Shown: positions 59,970-64,000 of the stretch, in pieces | How the letters are laid out: each line of letters starts with the position of its first letter | Position numbering within the stretch: position 1 is the stretch's first letter | Source of the DNA: Bacteroidota bacterium | GTDB lineage: Bacteria > Bacteroidota > Bacteroidia > Bacteroidales > JAAAOM01 | Direction of reading: 5' to 3' | NCBI GenBank assembly: GCA_009908855.1 | Contig: JAAAOM010000012.1 | Coordinates: 67,249-131,248 of the forward strand | DNA: 64,000 nt | Program-made: the position numbers and the translations under genes | Notes under the pieces: generated by a model | The model's input: only the letters and a program-made list of their open reading frames with translations | Databases searched by the model: none | What the model was told of the DNA's origin: nothing

Positions 59970-60965
59970 ATGATCATCGAATCAAGGGCATTCGCGCGTG
60001 CCGGGTTATTAGGAAATCCTTCTGACGGTTACTTTGGAAAAACAATATCAGTTATCATCCGTAATTTTGGCGCACGGATATCGTTATACGAAACACCTGA
60101 GCTGGAAATAGAAGAACAGGAAGTGGACCGCAATAAATTCCGAAATGTTTACCAATTGCTCGATAGTGTAAAGCAAACAGGATATTACGGCGGCTCCAGG
60201 CTGGTGAAAGCAACCATTAAGAAATTCACTGAATACTGCGAGCATAACCAAATTAAGCTGGGCAATAAGAATTTTACCGTCCGTTATCAGTCGTCTATTC
60301 CCCGGCAGGTTGGACTGGCCGGTTCAAGTGCCATTGTAACAGCCACCATGCGTGCACTGATGCGGTTTTATAACATTCAAATTCCCAATGAAATCTTACC
60401 GGGTCTGTGCCTGGAAGTAGAAACACAGGAACTGGGTATCAATGCCGGTTTACAAGACCGGGTAATTCAGGCTTATGAAGGATGTGTGTATATGGATTTT
60501 GACAAAAACTATTTCAACAAACACGGCTACGGCAAATATATACCGCTGGACCCAAATAAGCTGCCAAAATTATACCTGGCCTATAAAACACAATTGAGCA
60601 AAGTATCCGGACAAGTTTTGAATAACATCCGCGAACGTTACGAAGCCGGCGATTCTGAAACCATCGATACCCTGCATGAAATTGCCTCGCTCGCCGATGA
60701 AGGTAAAAAAGCCATTGAAAACGGTAATTATGCATCATTGAACAAGCTCATTAATAAGAATTTCGATTTACGCTGCAAGATTATGAACATATCCGAAAGC
60801 AACCATGAGCTGGTTATGACAGCCAGGAACTGCGGAGCCTCGGCCAAATTTTCCGGTTCCGGCGGCGCAATCATCGGTATTTATGAAGATGATGAAATGC
60901 TGCAAAAACTAATCGTCAACCTGAAGAAAATTAATGCAAGAGTTATAAAACCTTATATGATATAA
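59970..60965 (+). CDS. GHMP-family sugar-1-kinase resembling plant-type glucuronokinase
   Basis: SRAFARAGLLGNPSDGYFGKTISVIIRNF, GYYGGSRL, the GHMP motif SIPRQVGLAGSSAIV, GINAGLQDRVIQAYEGCVYMDF and KFSGSGGA are present. As far as I recall the Arabidopsis glucuronokinase sequence, these blocks match it closely. Confidence 0.65.
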   Translation: MIIESRAFARAGLLGNPSDGYFGKTISVIIRNFGARISLYETPELEIEEQEVDRNKFRNVYQLLDSVKQTGYYGGSRLVKATIKKFTEYCEHNQIKLGNKNFTVRYQSSIPRQVGLAGSSAIVTATMRALMRFYNIQIPNEILPGLCLEVETQELGINAGLQDRVIQAYEGCVYMDFDKNYFNKHGYGKYIPLDPNKLPKLYLAYKTQLSKVSGQVLNNIRERYEAGDSETIDTLHEIASLADEGKKAIENGNYASLNKLINKNFDLRCKIMNISESNHELVMTARNCGASAKFSGSGGAIIGIYEDDEMLQKLIVNLKKINARVIKPYMI

Positions 60966-60970
60966 ATGTT

Positions 60971-61840
60971 ATGGTAAAAAAAGCTGTTATTCCCGCCGCA
61001 GGATTTGGGACCCGGTTCCTTCCGGCCACCAAAGCCCAACCAAAAGAAATGTTACCAATTATCGATACACCAACCATTCAGTACGTAGTGCAGGAATGTG
61101 TGGACTCCGGAATTGAAGATATCCTCATTATCACCGGTCGCGGTAAACGAAGCATCGAGGATCATTTCGACCGCAATACCGAACTGGAATCACGCATCAA
61201 AGAAAAAGAAGACGAAACATTGTACAATCAAATCCGACACATTGAGGATATGGCAAACATTCACTACATCCGTCAAAAAGAATTAAACGGACTGGGTGAT
61301 GCCATTTACTATGCGAAGGATCATTGCGGACATGAACCTTTTGCAGTGCTGCTGGGCGATACAATCATCAATTCGGTTATACCGGTTACCCAGCAAATGA
61401 TTGATACCTTCGAGCAATACCACCAAACCATTATAGCCGTTGAAACAGTACCGCGCGATAAGGTATCGCGATATGGAATTGTTGGCGGAGAAAAGATCAG
61501 CGACCACCTGATGCAGCTAAACGAACTGGTTGAAAAGCCCGATGTCGATAAATCCCCTTCAAACTGGGCTATTGCCGGCCGTTATATCCTGACTCCCGAA
61601 ATATTTGATGCCATTGAAAAAACACCCCGCGGGAAAGGGAATGAGATACAATTAACCGATGCATTGCGTTTGCTTATGAAGCATGAAAACCTGATGGCAT
61701 TATCGATTGAAGGCCAACGTTACGACATTGGTAACAAGCTCGATTATCTTAAAACCACCGTTGAATTTGCCTTGCGACGGAAAGAATTTGCCGGCCCTTT
61801 TGCTGATTTTCTTAAAGAAACAGTTAATAATATGAAGTAA
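60971..61840 (+). CDS. galU: UTP--glucose-1-phosphate uridylyltransferase (GalU-type sugar-1-phosphate nucleotidyltransferase)
   Basis: KAVIPAAGFGTRFLPATKAQPKEMLPIIDTPTIQYVVQE and LGDTI...VEKP are present. Length is 289 aa. It starts 5 nt after the kinase gene. Confidence 0.85.
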   Translation: MVKKAVIPAAGFGTRFLPATKAQPKEMLPIIDTPTIQYVVQECVDSGIEDILIITGRGKRSIEDHFDRNTELESRIKEKEDETLYNQIRHIEDMANIHYIRQKELNGLGDAIYYAKDHCGHEPFAVLLGDTIINSVIPVTQQMIDTFEQYHQTIIAVETVPRDKVSRYGIVGGEKISDHLMQLNELVEKPDVDKSPSNWAIAGRYILTPEIFDAIEKTPRGKGNEIQLTDALRLLMKHENLMALSIEGQRYDIGNKLDYLKTTVEFALRRKEFAGPFADFLKETVNNMK

Positions 61841-61853
61841 ATATGCCATTTTT

Positions 61854-62000
61854 ATGATTATCGGTTTTTATATTATTAACCTAAGTATTAAAAAACTAAA
61901 AATGAACACCACAAATTCCCCTCTTCAGAGGGGTTTAGGGGTGTGTTATAATAAAAACCTGTTCATTTTTTAGTTTTTGGGTACAAAATCCGATATCCAT
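61854..62000 (+). mobile_element. MITE-like palindromic element, copy C (147 bp, with a 7-nt insertion near the left end and no clear target duplication)
   Basis: The core from ATTATTAACC to AAAATCC differs from copies A and B by about 2 substitutions each. The left end reads ATGATTATCGGTTTTTATATTATTAACC. The flanks TGCCATTTTT and ATTGGGATAT are not duplicated. Confidence 0.7.
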
Positions 62001-62140
62001 ATTGGGATATTTTTCCACGGATAACACATGAATGCCGGATTATAACGTTTGAAACAATAATATTTCTATATTTAATTTGTTTTTATCAAAAATATGTTTA
62101 CTTTCATATCACCCTAATTTACTTAGAATATATTTCATTC

Positions 62141-63121
62141 ATGCAGTATTTAAATAACAGCAAACCCAAAAATGGCTGGATGTTCCGTATTTACAAGATA
62201 AATATTGCCATCAGCCAGTATCTGACAGGTAAGATTTCCGGAAGACATAACCAGGAAATGTGGACCTATTTTTCCAAAAACCCTGAAATGTTCGATGAAC
62301 TGGTAATCCGTGTTAAAATGGAAAAAGCGCTCCGGGCTGGTAAGATCGATGAAATAATGGAAAACTGGGATAATTTCATTGAGATAATGAATAAAAATAA
62401 TGACCAGACAAAATTCGATGAACAGGTTGATGAGCATTTACTGGGTGCATCGAAGGTTTTCAGGGATATATCCAACAAATTACAGGATTTCAAAGTTAAA
62501 ACCGGAAGTGATAAATTTCCCTGGGCCGGATATGTCGATCCTGAAATTCCTACACTTCAGGAATCATATAAAAATCAACTAAACATTATAAAGGAAAAAA
62601 CGAACACCCAAAAAATTCTGTCGTTTTACCGGAAATATGCAGCCGCCGCTATTATATTGTTTGTATTGTGCATGGGTACCACATTATATTTTTTCTTTCC
62701 CCGGCCAGACAATGACCAAATTTATAATCAGTATTACAAAGAATATCCGTTCAGGGCCAAATCAGCCAATTACGAATTTTCTGACTTTATAGTGCACTAC
62801 CAGGACAAACAGTATACCAAATCGAGACAGGCATTGAATGAGGTGAATATTTCAAGACCTTATTATCAGATGGTGAAGGATTTTTACATGGGCATCTCAT
62901 TTTTAGGGAGCCGGGACTTTAATGAAGCCGTCCGGTATTTACAATATGTAATCGATTCGCCCTATGATTCGGGTTTCAAAGACCATGCACTGTGGTATCA
63001 GGGACTCGCTTTTTTAAAAATGGATGAGGAAGAGGAAGCAGCGATATGTTTCAGAATACTTAAACAAAGAGAAATACCTAATAAAACACAGGTGAAAAAA
63101 GTAATGCGAAAAATTCGTTAA
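62141..63121 (+). CDS. hypothetical single-pass membrane protein with a TPR-like C-terminal region
   Basis: 326-aa ORF. The TM helix is AAAAIILFVLCMGTTLYFFF at about residue 170. The C-terminal part has helical repeats (ALWYQGLAFLKMDEEEEAAICF). The start codon choice is uncertain. Confidence 0.5.
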   Translation: MQYLNNSKPKNGWMFRIYKINIAISQYLTGKISGRHNQEMWTYFSKNPEMFDELVIRVKMEKALRAGKIDEIMENWDNFIEIMNKNNDQTKFDEQVDEHLLGASKVFRDISNKLQDFKVKTGSDKFPWAGYVDPEIPTLQESYKNQLNIIKEKTNTQKILSFYRKYAAAAIILFVLCMGTTLYFFFPRPDNDQIYNQYYKEYPFRAKSANYEFSDFIVHYQDKQYTKSRQALNEVNISRPYYQMVKDFYMGISFLGSRDFNEAVRYLQYVIDSPYDSGFKDHALWYQGLAFLKMDEEEEAAICFRILKQREIPNKTQVKKVMRKIR

Positions 63122-64000
63122 TTCCTCAGCTTACGCCTGTAAAAATACAAACCTGTTATTAGCAATATGATCGCCGGCCCCAAATAAAAATACCAGGAAA
63201 TGCCTTTTTGCTCTATGGCCGATGCATTACCAATGATGATATGTCCTGCCCATTTATGCGGACTGGCCTGATTGGGTTTGGCACGGGAAATATATTTCAG
63301 TTTGGCCTTATTTAAAGCACTGGCTTTGTCATACCCTTTTGAAAGATATTTGTAAAACAGGGGATAAATAACCTTGTCAACATCACTGTATGATTGCCAA
63401 ATAGAAAAAACAACCGATTTGCTTCCGGCAGCAATAAAACTTCTTCCCAGCGACATAATCCCTTCTCCTTTAACAAAAGCACCACCCCCGGAATGACAGG
63501 AGCTAAGCACCACCATTTTTAGCGGCAGGTAAATATTGCTGATCTCATAATCATACAGTATGGAGGTGTCATTCAATGCCGGATAAAACATCAGTCCTGT
63601 AAATTGACGGGAAGTATCCATGATACCATGTGCAGCTATATGGGCCAAATTATATCGGGCCATATTTTGGGAGAGTTCGGAAACGGTTGCCTGCTCACCC
63701 ATGTAAAGCCGGCTATCAAAATAGCTGGATATATCTTCGATTTCCGCTTTAGTATCGCCATATATCGGAGAAAATGCTGATTCCGCCGGATACTTCGGTG
63801 CAACACCCAACAATTTATTCTCGCCTTGTACAGACCGGTTTACACTTTGATAATAGTGGGTTAAGCTGTATGAATAGCTTATTATGTGCTTTTTAAGCAT
63901 ATAAGGCCATTTATTCATGTTTGTATGATCGGTCTTTTCATAGAGCAGCGACTCGAAGGATAGGTAGCCTAATTTTTCATCGGGAATGATGATTAACTTT
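63118..64000 (-). CDS. CHAT domain protein, C-terminal part; the N-terminus lies beyond the window end
   Basis: The minus frame stays open to position 64000, and upstream of the track ATG it reads KLIIIPDEKLGYLSFESLLYE. AHIAAHG and VVLSSCHSGGG form a caspase-like His/Cys dyad. There is a C-terminal TM helix. The stop overlaps the convergent gene by 4 nt. Confidence 0.75.
   Translation of the reverse strand, partial: KLIIIPDEKLGYLSFESLLYEKTDHTNMNKWPYMLKKHIISYSYSLTHYYQSVNRSVQGENKLLGVAPKYPAESAFSPIYGDTKAEIEDISSYFDSRLYMGEQATVSELSQNMARYNLAHIAAHGIMDTSRQFTGLMFYPALNDTSILYDYEISNIYLPLKMVVLSSCHSGGGAFVKGEGIMSLGRSFIAAGSKSVVFSIWQSYSDVDKVIYPLFYKYLSKGYDKASALNKAKLKYISRAKPNQASPHKWAGHIIIGNASAIEQKGISWYFYLGPAIILLITGLYFYRRKLRN

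Overview
This is an AT-rich chromosomal segment that looks like Bacteroidota, judged from gene content, TAnnTTTG-type -7 boxes, many lipoproteins and CHU_C/T9SS-like protein tails. I support about 60 protein genes, mostly housekeeping. They include rplU-rpmA, serS, ruvC, greA, ribF, a eukaryote-type GH13 branching enzyme, a znu-like metal ABC system, ispH, cmk, fumC, carboxynorspermidine dehydrogenase/decarboxylase, metY, rpsT, radC, upp, folK, sppA, lpxK, asd and galU. There are also two large multi-PAS histidine kinases and a nitrite-ammonification operon (4Fe-4S protein, cupin, nrfH, nrfA). I saw no rRNA, tRNA or CRISPR array.

The most interesting region is 29.1-31.7 kb. An ECF sigma/anti-sigma pair is followed on the same strand by three tandem paralogous units that look like small RNAs. 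Each unit ends in a GC-rich terminator hairpin. Each is preceded by TGCAAC-N18-GTCT with exactly the spacing found just upstream of the ECF sigma gene itself, so this looks like a sigma-dedicated sRNA triplet. Directly after the triplet, a perfect TGTAAC-N4-GTTACA palindrome sits upstream of the nrf operon, and a Crp/Fnr-family regulator is encoded nearby.

Other notable items:
- A 140-bp hairpin-forming MITE-like element in three nearly identical copies. Two copies have clean 10-bp target-site duplications, and two copies bracket a cassette of a glucuronokinase-like GHMP kinase plus GalU.
- An in-frame YidD-ZnuA fusion or nested gene.
- An L21 protein with a roughly 130-aa low-complexity tail.
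- A decayed DJ-1/PfpI pseudogene.
- An orphan Rhs-core fragment.

All functional calls come from reading the translations and motifs by eye. No database search was run.
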